From the NCBI GenBank assembly GCA_002633005.1, contig NMRA01000006.1, forward strand, positions 1,837,725 to 1,901,724: a stretch of 64,000 bases of DNA. The letters run 5' to 3'. The translations under genes and the position numbers were made by a program. Origin of the DNA: Phoronis australis. Its lineage: Eukaryota; Animalia; Phoronida. This document shows positions 13,101 to 25,120 of the stretch, one piece after another; position 1 is the first letter of the stretch, and each line of letters opens with the position of its first letter. The notes below the pieces were generated by a model that searched no databases, was not told the DNA's origin, and saw nothing but the letters and a program-made list of their open reading frames with translations.

Positions 13101-16100
13101 TATGTGTAGACTTGGATGTCAAAAATGTTATTGAAAATTTTTAGCATCAGACTGGTTTGTTCTCTTATTACTATTTTATTGTGTTCTTTGCAACAAAAAA
13201 TTCAAATTTGACTGCTATTATGAAATTCACGTACATATTCGAAGTCCACATTCATACTGCGAGGAGTTTGTGTGCCATGTCTTGAAATAAACGTATTGAA
13301 CTAACAATACAAAATGTCTTAATAATGACTAATCTACCATACTTTGAACTCACTGTATAGGTTTTCAAACTTTACCCATAGAAGCCAGACTTGTCACAAC
13401 AAAATTCAATTCTTATAAATATCTTTTCTGATGGAAACTTAAACAGAGATCCTTCATTTTTCTGCACAGCTGTTGTATACATGACATTTAGACAGTGATG
13501 TTTTGTAATTGGATTGGATTTTACTCTACATCAGTTGAGAATTAGCCAATGCCCTGTGCAACATATCACTCAAATGAGTCACCAGGCTTGTAACCATCAC
13601 AAAGCAAGCTAATTAATGAGCTCAGTGACAAATGACCTTAAAACCCATCTGAAGAATAATGGGACTGGTGAAATGTTTAGGTGTGTGTTTGGAACATTAT
13701 ATGCCAGCATTTAATTGTCAAAATGAGATTTATTACTCTGTGACTCCCTGTCTTATCTTTTGTGTGCTCTTGAAGGATTCAAAATTAATGAAAAGTAGAA
13801 ATAACAAGACATACCAAAGGTGATGTTTACTTACGAAATTTGTTGAAGTTCAATTGTTCTAGAAACCAAAATTAATTTTGTGATAGTTTCATCTGTTTTC
13901 ACTGACTGTGTCTTTACTGAACAAAATCTCCAAGTTGTTTTTATGATTTTTGCATGTTGCTGTTATATTCTGAATGTATTGATTAACAACTTCATCAGTC
14001 GTTGTCTGAATGCTTGAAAGGCTTCCATTGTTTAAACCAAAAACAAACAAAAACCGTTGCATTTATAATCCGTTATTAAAAATATCTTTGTTATCTGTTT
14101 CTTTTTCTAGGCATCCTTTGAACAGACTGAGGTCTTTGTCGAAGAGGAAACTGGTGAAGTTACAAAGAGGCAGAGTAATGGGTCCGCGGTGACTGAGAGT
14201 GGTCAACGAAACTCGTCCGGGTCAAAGGGCAGTGGGGGTCAGCGCGGGTCGTCGAGGTCGAGTCAGCGTGAGAGCGCACACCAAAGTAATGGCGTTATAG
14301 AGAACAAGGACAGATCCGGTTCAGCCAAAATATCCACAGTGGAGCAAAAAGCGGATGAGGAGAGGTATGGCTTGTCAATCAAAATACATTTTATTTATTT
14401 TGTTCATAACAAATGAAGAATTATTGTATTTTGCTGATGTGTGCCAAATAAATTGATTATACAGACTTCGCAGTTGATGGGTGTGTAAAGTTAACGAAAC
14501 AGCCAAATATTGCCAACTGCGCACGTGTAAATTTACTGAAATGCAGCCTACGGGTTGCCAACTTGATCTCATCAACAGTAATTAAATTACTTCATTGTGT
14601 TCTGGTATAAGAGTATTTGGCTCCATCATTAACAAAACACTTTTTGAGCATGTGACTCAGTGACAGCAGGCTCACCCAGGTCATCGATCACCTCATGTTT
14701 ACAGCAGCATGAGATATTCACATATTCAAATGGATGAATTAAATGGTGAAGATACAGTGTTTAGACCTTATTAACACAGATAAGGAGTTAATGAACGGGC
14801 TTTGCCTTGATATTTTCCGAAGTACAAAACTGACTGTGTGCGAATTAGGTGGGCCAAGAAATTCCCACCAAGTGAAAGAAGTCAGGGACAAAAAATTCTT
14901 AGGTTTCTTTTTTATTTCTCCAAATAATCTCGGGTGTTGAGAATTACCGTAGCCGTTATAGTAGTCATAGGACATCCACCTCAATTATTACGTCCATGCT
15001 TTTCTACCCAAGAAATGTTTTCAGTCTAAAATTTCTGTGAATAATTGTTTAAAAGTAGGTTCGTAATTTTCTTGAAAAAGCCAAATAGGATTACTACTTG
15101 AAACCACCTCCACAAACTTCTGTATTTGGGAATAATTGTTTAAAAGCAGGTTTGAAATTTTTGGAAATCCAGATGTAGTAACTTCCTGAAATGACCCCCA
15201 TAAACCTGCTCTGGATGTTGAATGACAGGTACAGTTGTCGGGTGGTGTGGCAATGAGGAATAGAAAGGGAACATTCACTGACAACTGCGTTTGGAGAGCC
15301 ATCAAAATTCCAGCTGGCAAATGTTGAGGCAAGAAATTTGTTACGAATTTCCATTGAAGGTCATTTGTTGGAGAACTTAGCAGCTGCTATTAACTGCTTT
15401 GTGGGGAGGAATTTTTGATTGGTCAAGGTTTGACATAGAACTCTTTGGTGTTGTGAGAGCATAAAAACCGTCTGTTTGACTCAATTTCAAATTCTGGTGC
15501 TCAGACTAGGAAGAGTTTACGAAGACAAACGCAATTTCTGTCATTCACGGGTGTTTGATAATGCTGGACTTTTTACTGTGCATCATTTGAGCAACACACC
15601 ATGGAAAATGGTAATTTAAAGACATGGTAATATCAAGGAATTTTAAAAAAGTTGTGAAATTCCTCTACTTTGAAATCCTCATTCAAGCTTATTGTAAACA
15701 ATAGGTGGCGTTGCACGTAGACACAAAATACAACAACACAGCAAATTTCAGAATGACACTGTTTTATTGGAAATGGCTATTTTGGATATCATAAATGGGG
15801 AGAATATTCCAAATAGGGAGAGCTTAGTATTTGTTCAAGTTGCAATCAGCTTTCATTCAGTTGTGAGTTTACTCGATGAAATCTGCTGGGTGGATGAATG
15901 TGATGTTGTATTGTTATATTTTGAATACGAAAATTGTCACAAGTGTGAATTCAACAAGTTCATGTCCATAATTATGAATTACATAGCAAGTTTATCTTAA
16001 ACTTTAAAGTTTCACAAGTAGCTCGTTTTAAAAAGCTTTTAGATACTCTGTTTCTGTAACTGCAGTTTACGACTTACACCATTGTGGTGTTCTGCTAGCC

Positions 16101-19100
16101 CAGTTACTGTGACTTTCAAAACATCTAAAACTGATGTTAATTTGTTTTTATGTTATGACTTTTATTTTTACCATTGAGCTAATTATCGACATAGTTTGCC
16201 TGTATTACTCATCATAGTATTTTAGTTACTGTAAACCTCAGTCTGTTTCAAAAACGACTTTCTTCGTAGGCATCGTGTTTTTATCCTTTTCTTGAATTGC
16301 GATTGATTGAATAAAGTACTTGGAATTCATTTAGTAGCAATACGTATGAAAAAACTCACTTTTATTATGTGATTGTCTCAAGTTAAATTATTGGTGTAAT
16401 GTTTTCATTTTTAAATGTCATAGTAAACAATTGATTTAATTTTTATGCTATGTTGAGCTTTTTGTTTTTATTTTGTGTTAATATGTTAGTCCTTTAATTC
16501 CAAGTCATTCCTTTCTGTTGTTGTTATTTTCTTTGTGTCCTTGCTCGTCATTATATTTCACTCCACTAATTTATTGTTATGCACGTATATATAAGCCTAG
16601 ATATAATGATTCATTTTCTGGGCGAATTCCCTACACCATTGTTGTATTGTCTTATACTTGTAGTGAAATAAAAAAGTAACAATCCTACTGAGTTAAAATC
16701 TGTAGTTTTGTAGTTATTTTGGCTGAATTGGCTGACTTGCCATAACCTTCTTGTCAAAAACAGGACAAGACCCATTTTTAAGTGGCTTTAGTCAAAAGTT
16801 GTTTTTTTGGCAGAAGGTGCGGGTTTGTAGGTCCTTTAATATCTGATGTTTTGACTCGCACCTTCATTTTTGTGTGTATACAATCACTGGGTTGACATAG
16901 ACTGGCATTATAATATCCGCTTACCATGTGCTCCAGGAATGCCGAGATAAAGCCAGAGGCCTCACCAGGAGCTAGTGTTGAGCCTGAAGCTGAAGATGGA
17001 GACGACGACTACGACCATATTCAACGAAAGACGTTCCATCCGAAGATGACAACGAATCCATACGACAAGGTGAAAAAGGGTACCGATTCCAATATGGTGG
17101 AGGCTTCTGATCCATACGCCCATGTCAAGCTTCATGGCGAAGACAATCAAGCCGATCCAAGCAATGACTGCGACGAAGACTACGCAATCGTCGAGAGTCC
17201 AACCATCCCAGAGGCTGGCGCTGGCTTCAGTGATCAGTTTACGACAGTGACCCAAAATCCGCCAACATCCTCGAAAGAAAGCAGTCCTGTAGACGAAGAC
17301 CAAGATTATGACGGTACCTACGCGGTGGTGGATAAAAACAAGATGTCCGACGCCAGACCAAAGTCGCCGACGAAAGTCGTGGATGAAGAAGAATACTATG
17401 CAGTGATTCCTCCTCCACCTGTTCCGGAGAAAAACTTTGACCTGGAATCGCCAGCTACAGCAACCACATCCTCACACGGTGCATTTGATGGAGCTTCCAT
17501 GTTGCCCAGAGCAGGAAATACGCCACCCATACGACCACCTGATCCAGGTAATGAGCTACGTGAAATGTACCGTCCATTGTTCTCTCCGGCTTATTGTCCT
17601 CGAGTTATTTTAAATTTACTGATGACAAGGTGGTATACTGATAAGTGTCTCAGGCTTGCAACAGGTGTCTCTGGGTATGAGAGCAGCTTTATTTTAGACC
17701 TATCCTATCATTGGTATGATACAGGCTTCATTTTTCGTCTGATTGACACGTAATTTGTGCAAATTTTAGCTTGTCACTATGTCATGGACGATTGTTGTTT
17801 ATTGAAATTGTGCTCAAGATGGTGCTCTAGTATCAATCTTTTATGTCATTTGCTTCATGGAGCCATATCACTATTACAGTACTTTTGAGTAGCTGGAAGA
17901 AATTTGTTCTAAGGATAGATATATCTCTTCAGGAATTACAGGAAATGTGTTTGAGAGCACTTTTATATTAAATTGTGCTCAGTTATGATGAGGCTGCTGC
18001 CATTTTGACTAAAACCTTCACTTTTATTATGATGCTCTGACACGTGAAAATGTTGCATCTATGATACTGTAATGCCTACTGTTGCAAAATGTTTTAATAA
18101 ATTCAAGCAGAATTTACCAGTGACAACACACGGTGAGATGGATTACACACTGTTTAATTTGTCAGTTTCAAAATCATGGCTTCCAACAAAATTTGAGTGC
18201 ATCTTCAGGTGTCGATTCATCAATGAATTTTCATCCGTATCTTGTCAGATCCTCCATACTCGGCCATCACTGCCAGAGAATCCCTGGAAAGCATACATCA
18301 GCGCAAATCGGAGGCCGCCTCTAGAATTATTGAAGAAGATTACTATTCCGTAGTAAGTTGTTCCTTTAATTGTAATAAAGTTGCTCATTACTGTTTCGTA
18401 AAATAAATCTGTTCAATTAACGATTTGGGCAGTTGTCAGCATTTTTACATTGTCTGAACGGAGACTTATCTTAATCGTATGACTGGTCGTAATTTCGTGT
18501 TTATGCTATGCATGAAAACGCCGTATAGTTAGGACATTTTAGTGAAAGGAAGCTCTTGAACTGTACAATTATTGTTTATAGCGGGCAGCAGGGATAAAAA
18601 AGCAACTGCATGTTGTTTTCATGTGGACATGTTGCGTGGGTCAAAAATGTTAAGCATCGAAGCACTTTCGTAATGTGGAATTTCAAAAACTTGTTTCTAC
18701 TCATGAACTGAATAGGACTATAGGCTGTTGCCTTACAGTTGCCCATTTCAGAGTCAAACTTAGGTAATTAATGCTGGGGGTCATGTCGCACCGGGTTAGT
18801 CCTCAGTACAGCCTTGAAAATGAGCAAAACAGTTCCAGCTGTGATCTAAAAACTCCATTTCGGACCAGCTAAAAGCAAGTCCATAGTAAAAATCTTAGAC
18901 CTGTGCTTGTCAACTCCACACAGGCTCCAATAATTCTCCATACTCAGTGGCCTAACTCTATACCAGATATCAAACTCCAGTCCAGGGGACCAGATTCCTC
19001 GCTTGGTTTATGAGATGCAACACTGGAGTTTGATACATGGATGTGAAGCCTCCTTGTTTCTTACGTGGAGTTTAGGGGTACACGTCTTGAATTTGTTTGC

Positions 19101-20551
19101 AAGTCCAGGACTAGAGTTTTGGGGTCTGTAGCTGGAATTGACAGGTGCAGCCATAACTTCGTTTCCACCTTGAGACTAAGCATTGTTCAATCTGTGTTAG
19201 AACCCCACAGTTGGTGTTGTATTCAAGCAATTGCTCATTGCCTTTCACCCCTGCCGGTGTGATGAAGGTGTTGAGAAGGGTTTGCACATTCTGAGGTCGA
19301 GATTTTGCTTGAGTGGCTCTTGAACGAGTAATGCTATGCTGGATGTAGTCTATGTATGTACCAAAATCTAATAATTTCTTTATGTACGTGTTGCCATAGG
19401 TTGCTGGCGAAAGCGGAAATGGCACAGTTACTGCGTTGGAGAAACGAGAAAGTACTTCAAGCGATTTATATGATGAAATTAGTGGCGGGGTAGCTGGTTC
19501 GTCTGGTGATGGACTGGTGGCTCCCCCTCCTGTCGATGTTGGGCACTTGAAAAGGCTTGCAAGCTCGTCTAGACATGGTGAGTGTTGTATTCTTACTGAA
19601 TGCATATTTTGTGGGCATCCAGAATGCAAATTTCTATTATTTTTTTGTGAGACAATGGCACGATTTTATTGTCAAAGGGGCATATGAACTATCCACCTGT
19701 GCTCTTACATTGAGCACTCACAGTTGTTGAAACTCCTTCCTATCAGTTCTCTCCACAAAAAATGAGAGTTTTCATGTCCAACTGGATTTCTAATGGTGAT
19801 TGTCTTCCCATTATACTTCAGTGCTACTCCTTTTCAAGTCTTGTGATGCCCTTTTATGATTTTCGTAAACAAGATTCATGTCAATTTTAATTAATGCTTC
19901 ATCAAGTCTTAGACATCAGTGTTTCTGTCTGAATTAATTTCCCACATAGTTTTGCTTAGTCCACGGGCCGACACGAAACAAAATGTTGTTTGAACTTGTG
20001 AAATCAAATGTTGCCTTGACCATATTTCAGACAACCAAGCTGCAGCCAATCAAGTGGTTGATCAGGTGGGACAGTTGTACGCCGAAGTACACAAACCCAA
20101 TGGAAGGAATCCTGACCCCGCTTCACACCATGTTCAGTCTGTGAATAGTAGGCACAAGGCAGAAGAACCAGCGCCCAGCTCCACAAGGCAAACTGTCAGG
20201 CGTCAGTGTTACGAAGAAATAAACTTAGACGATGTTGACATCAATGGGGTCGATTCAGAAGAGGACACTGATCCCAATTACGACACTGTGATGAAAAGTG
20301 TGGACAGTTCTAGTGGTGAAATGAGCCAATCGACTGGCGTCACCCGTGTCCATGTAGGAGGTGCCAGTGTGCTGGATTCTCAAGTGGCAGAAAGGAGTGG
20401 CGATCTTGTGACAACGATTCACATCGGACAAGAGGAAGGTGGCGCCCCCGTCTGGGTGCACAAGAAACGCCCTCATATGTATGAGGAGATTGACACTACA
20501 GACAAAGACTCTAGTAGTAGCACACACTGCGACATGGTGGCAAAGATTTAA
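4142..20551 (+). CDS. Tyrosine-motif-rich disordered signalling adaptor, PAG1/Cbp-like, 5' end outside window (spliced gene)
   Basis: Phase-consistent GT-AG exons 4142-4193, 14111-14364, 16937-17547, 18249-18352, 19400-19577, 20031-20551 give ~572 aa ending DMVAKI*. The protein is acidic, Ser/Pro-rich and low-complexity, with 13 YxxV/I motifs (YDHI, YDKV, YAHV, YAIV, YAVV, YAVI, YSAI, YSVV, YDEI, YAEV, YEEI, YDTV, YEEI). The family call is inferred from motif content only. Confidence 0.7.
5477..6180 (-). mobile_element. Degenerate tandem-structured repeat, possibly Helentron-associated (HINE-like)
   Basis: Recurrent unit (tgtaccaaatttgaa, tgtaaatttcaagccgatc, taccaaatttcaagcagatcc, tagatttcgtgttgatcc) and a terminal ...ccatgtaataaa end. 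The family assignment is inference. Confidence 0.4.
6390..7027 (-). pseudogene. Probable decayed Ulp1/SENP-type (C48) cysteine protease, likely a transposon relic
   Basis: Minus-strand frames, with stops and frameshifts, give in order: LLTTFAF, LIPAL, HFWLVLFS*QEKQTYVVQSL, RENGNNCELI..CM*TDFLA. This matches the Ulp1 motif order (TFF; P..; HW.L; DSL; Q.NG.DCG..C..ADFL). Confidence 0.4.
7536..8735. repeat. ~515-bp near-identical direct duplication (7536-8049 / 8220-8735) flanking the single N at 8050
   Basis: About 7 differences (substitutions and 1-bp indels) seen by eye. Copy 1 ends exactly at the N. Confidence 0.9.
10173..11595. mobile_element. Non-autonomous TTAA-targeting DNA transposon (Kolobok/piggyBac-type), ~1.4 kb
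   Basis: TTAA at both ends; terminal inverted repeats GGATATCTTAAACCTTATT and (revcomp) GATTATCTGAAACCTTATT match at 16/19; no ORF. Confidence 0.6.
11634..11781 (+). mobile_element. Second, truncated copy of the same MITE terminus (starts TACCGTA)
   Basis: Inverted match to 400-552; repeated TTAACCGCCCA units. Confidence 0.6.
14111..14364 (+). CDS. Adaptor gene exon (ASFEQTEVF...KADEER)
   Basis: Acceptor ctttttctag, donor AG|gtatgg. Phase 2 joins 16937. Confidence 0.8.
16937..17547 (+). CDS. Adaptor gene exon, Tyr-motif and PxxP rich
   Basis: Acceptor ctccag, donor G|gtaatg. Lies within the 275-aa ORF 16926-17753. Confidence 0.85.
18249..18352 (+). CDS. Adaptor gene exon (DPPYSAITARESLESI...EEDYYSV)
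   Basis: Acceptor cttgtcag, donor |gtaagt. Phase 1 to phase 0 fits both neighbours. Confidence 0.8.
19400..19577 (+). CDS. Adaptor gene exon (VAGESGNG...DLYDEI...SSRH)
   Basis: Acceptor ccatag, donor G|gtgagt. Confidence 0.8.
20031..20551 (+). CDS. Adaptor gene terminal exon (YAEV, YEEI, YDTV, YEEI; stop TAA)
   Basis: Acceptor atatttcag. In frame with ORF 20054-20551. Confidence 0.85.
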
Positions 20552-22404
20552 GACAGTTCTTTAAACGCTGATGGATCGTTATTGCCTTTGGTTTCCTTAT
20601 TCAACTACGCTTATATAAGTAAAGAGTTACGAGGCAAATGATTTGTATGAAATTGAAAATTTTCTTTTACAGGGTGCTGTTCAAAATAGTCTGATGATAT
20701 GGCTGCCACTTTAGTTAAGTGTAGTTACCATTTTCTCGGGTCTAACTGTCTGCTGCTTTGATGTAAGAGTTCCTCCCAGATGAAGCACAATCGTGAAAAA
20801 TACAAAATAAATTGAGACTCACCATTAAATTACATCCTACTCTGCATACCAGTGTAACAGTTACACTAGCTGTGAACTTGGGACGTGTATTCACATCGGC
20901 CGAGTGTAAGGGTACCTATGCATTCTGAGTGGAAATGTGAGAGAGGGGAGAATCCCTTGTCGTCACTCAGTCCACCTGCTGGAGATGCGTGAAGTAGGCA
21001 AGCCTTGAGTCTTGTGCTCATTTCAAAAGAAGAGCTGCCTAACATACTGCTTAGAGCAGACCACCCATCAGGACGTGGATTATTCTTGGAATTGGTATGT
21101 GCAGGATAAATGGGATTCTGACCTAGAGGGAAATTTTTTTAATCAGTGCAGAGGAAATTTTGGACCTGATGGGAATTTTGTGTGATGTATTTTTCAAAGG
21201 GGAATGGGGCCTTAATACCCGTATCTAATAATCAAGGGCCATGCAGTCTCTCAAACGTTTACAGAGGAGTGTCATAAATATGAACCTGCTCTCAAGTTTT
21301 CAATCGTGACAAATTTTGAGTGCACTACATTGTTTATGTGGCTTTGGTAACCTTTGTGCCAAGGTGAAACTAAAGGTCACAAAGTCATGCTGTGAAAGTG
21401 TGATGAATACAAGTTTTCAAGTGGCCAATTTTGCCATTTTGAAATCGCAATATTTTTGTCATTCTATGGAAATGTTATCACGTCGTGTTGCTCCTTGTGT
21501 TCTCATGAATATTCATATAACAGTACAAGATGCTGATTGGGAGGCAACATGATGCGGTTAAGTGGGAACGATTGTAAATGGTTTTTGACTTGATAATGAA
21601 ATCAAAAAGTACATTTTATGCTTTTCTTGAACATTGAATCAAAGCTTTTAATCACGATTGAACAGACTTATATTTTGGATACTTTCATGAAAGTAGGTTT
21701 GTAGTCATTTGTCTTGGTGTCTCGCTTCTTGATCAGTATTTGTGCTAAAACTTTATTTTGGGATATAATGATAGTTGTAAGCTGTTATGTGTGCGACGTG
21801 AAGGATGCTTTTGCCTGCTATTTGTATTAGTTAGACGGTTTGTTTTATAAAAATATATTATTTTTTTATTCAAGATGTAGGTAATGTTGGCCATTTAAAT
21901 TATATTGAAGACAAATCAGTTTAATATTTTTTGAATTCCATGAAATGAAATTCTACATTGCTTTGTGGTTTTGATGTCCTTGTTCTAGTTGTATTAAACG
22001 AGGCATTTCAAACACCATGCTCTTTGGGCTTTAGATAATTTTTTTGAGGAGCACAAGCCTTCATGTAGCTATTTTGGCAAAAATTTTGTTGTTTGCACGA
22101 CTTGTTTGTAGCACTTATTTGTCTTTTACATTTCCAAGTAACGATACGGAGTTTCTTGTACTTTGCCTTTAAGAGTAACTGAAGCCGCTTTGCTAGTGTT
22201 AGCTGAATAAAACAATCCCCCACTATGTAAATAGCAGAGGTAGATTTAATTGAGGGTAGCGCAGGTGTTTTTTCACCACCTTTCAGTAAAATCTCACCAA
22301 TTTGGGACAATATGACTGAAAAGTGAGGTTTCATTTTTCCCATTCCCTCAAACTATGAACAGTACCATGTCAATGCTTTTTATGATGCAAGTTGTTTACC
22401 AAAG

Positions 22405-22804
22405 TTAAAAATGTATCTGCATGCTCCTAACTATGCTAATGTATAGCAGGAACTAAATGACAATGCTATTTGAACATCATCTACACTAAAAAAGTGCAAT
22501 GACAACTTGTAAATGTTAAAACAAAAAATTCTGCGAATAGGTGACCTTTGCACTAATTGCGTACCTCGCAGGCTCACATAACCCGCATCATTCAGCATAA
22601 TTCCCCAGCACCACGTCGCTATACTTACTGGACACGGGTCAGTGATTTGCGGCGAATTACTGTAGCCACAAAACTCGTTCTCAAAAACAATTGGCAATTT
22701 TCAACCTACATCACATTCACACTGTCACACTGTATGTTGTGTTTGTAACTAATTTGGACAAGCAATCACACAGATAAGGAATTACCCTGAAAGTTTCACT
22801 TTAA
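22405..22804. mobile_element. ~400-bp TTAA-flanked MITE, copy 1
   Basis: Aligns end to end with 41725-42133; both copies bounded by TTAA. Confidence 0.75.
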
Positions 22805-23591
22805 AACCTTTCACTGTTTTGAAAAATTGTTAAAATTCATAAACTGATAACCTTTAAAATGAAAACCGGGAAATTTTGCCAATTATTTTTCTTAGACGTT
22901 GGTGAGATTTTACTGTTATTACTGGTAGTGTCCGAACTCGGAATGTTTGACTACCATGAATACCTTCAAGGAGTTCTCTGACAAGAAATAATATGTGTGG
23001 CAACATGGTTAAAAACTATGATCAAAAGATGTAATGTCTGGAATACATGTAATTTTAAAAGCTCGCCAAAAATTCTGCACCAAGTATGAGGTAGCATTTG
23101 GCAAGAGCGTTTAGTTTTTTCAAATAAATTTAGTTTTACTGTCCTACTTGGTTTTAAATGATTTTTACTCTTGTAAGATTTTTGCTGTGTGCTTCCATAA
23201 CTATTAAGGTTAAATGTTAAAACAGTTCATTATAAATGTACAATTCAAATCACTTTGAAAGTGATATTCTCTGCATAATCATTAACCAATAAACACATTG
23301 TAATATATTCACCTGTGTTGTTAATTAAGAAGCTAAAACTTTGCACCTGTAAAATAACATGGGTGGGGCCTGTAATTAGATGGCAATGAAGGGTCATTAT
23401 CAGGCTTACAGCAGAAAAACATTTTTGGATGGGATGGACTTTTTCAGTTATTAAAACAGTAAAATCTGTTGTTCTTATCATTTTTATTACTAAAAGCCAA
23501 CTCTCGCCATTGTCTGACAGACATTCACTGAAATCAAAGCTGGTGACTATACAAGTTCAACACACTTAAAATATTCTGCCATTTATCCAGA

Positions 23592-23690
23592 GGAGGGTTT
23601 AGCTACAACAGTTTAGAGTTTGGCTGTGACTGCAGCGTTCCGGGTTCGATTCCATGTTGAGGCTGATTTTAGAAAATCATTTTTCCGCCA
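23592..23690 (+). mobile_element. tRNA-derived SINE-like head (degenerate)
   Basis: Weak A-box (tagctacaacag) and B-box GGTTCGATTCC at 23643-23653; no intact acceptor stem. Confidence 0.35.
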
Positions 23691-25015
23691 AACGTATCTC
23701 TTAATCTTTAAGGTAATTGACTACCTTCGATATCAAAGGTCAGTTATCGCATATTTTTTAAAATACTACATTTTAACCCCAAAAACATTGAACCTCATTA
23801 CATTACACATCAAGGGAACTTCAAAATCTGTATGTTACAATGATACTTTGTTTTGTTCACGGTAGATTTACAAACAATAGATAATATTGGGACTTCGCAC
23901 GGTTTGTTAGAACGGAGCCGTCCACCCTCTAAACAGTACGTTGCAATGACCAGACAGTACGTGCTGGAAAATAATACTTGAATATTTGTAAACATATGAT
24001 GGTTAATTTTTTAACAAATTGTCTTTTTATGTTGGTTTCCGAAAGTTTTGTTGATGTAAAAATTTTTTGCTTAAACCTAATTTGTTTTATTAGCTAGAAA
24101 ATATGTCCGGGCATTTTAGCCTGAGAACTTGCCTTTCAAGAACAAAAAAAAATTGGAAGTCTTCATTTTTGACAAAATATTCGGGGCTAAGCTTTTCACA
24201 CTATGTAGAAGTTGCAGCAATCACCATAAAAATATGTGAAAAAATATTACACCGCATAGAAGCCCTTGAAAATAAAAAGGGGTATTTTGAAAATTATTTT
24301 TGTCTGACTTTGGTGACATTTTACCATACAGAATCAGAAGGCCACAAACTATTGTTGGACTAACAAGATGTGGACCCTTCTCTTGATAAAGTGTGACGCT
24401 TTTTGATTTTAATTCACCAGGCTTATTCACATGACTACAAATGTCCAGGCATGCACATAACGTGCATCTATGTTTACCAAGACTTTTAAAACACACAGTA
24501 GATAGTCATTACCTTCACAATGTATCAGACTGTTATAAGGAAGATTATCAAAACAACCATTCAAGTCCAAATAAGCAACACTCACAAAATGTGTTGACAA
24601 GAGTAAGCAATTACAGTATTACACCTGTAGAACTCTGCACTGCGGTACATCACAAACTGTGGTTTCATCCTTCAGGTATGACCATAGTTAACGGAGCACA
24701 ATCAACCTTAAACTGCCATTAGCTTATATGGAACAGTAAACGTGCAAGTTCCACACTAACATACTGTGTACAACTAGTCAGTCCTTTGACTCCTTGGAGC
24801 AAGTGTAAAAACTCCCTTGTGTGTATACTAGGGCATATGCCCTTAAACAGTCAAATAAGGGAAATTCAAATACAAATTCAAATTGTCCTCGTTACCTCAC
24901 TGGCTTATGGACAATCATATGGACGACAATACGCACATGGTAAAACAACAAATGTTGAGAAATGTAAAATAAATTAACAACACATCTTCAGTACATGTCT
25001 AAGTTAGAGGTGGTC

Positions 25016-25120
25016 TTATTGCAGTAAGGGTTCCATCACCTTGGTGATCTCAGCTATGCGTGGTGACATGGCTTTGTATTTGTCCAGCTCCACACCCATT
25101 ACACATGCAAGGTCAGTGAC
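25016..25120 (-). CDS. DESI1: DESI1-like terminal exon (VTDLACVMG...EPLLQ*)
   Basis: Acceptor cctacag; stop TAA at 25018-25016. Confidence 0.78.
   Translation of the reverse strand, partial: VTDLACVMGVELDKYKAMSPRIAEITKVMEPLLQ

Noticed and set aside
15021-15354. Overlapping minus-strand ORFs with FKQLFP, vaguely like a MULE transposase
   Set aside because: The motif arises from a degenerate ~90-bp tandem duplication (15040-15078 / 15131-15168); no DDE or CxxH motifs seen.
19111-19629. 172-aa minus-strand ORF, and similar antisense ORFs at 16962-17303, 20255-20527, 56273-56668 and 56891-57187
   Set aside because: Antisense shadows of real plus-strand exons or of the minisatellite.
23592-23690. 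Functional tRNA gene (also considered at 34605-34690 and ~44185-44240)
   Set aside because: B-box-like motifs are present but no intact cloverleaf; treated as SINE remnants.
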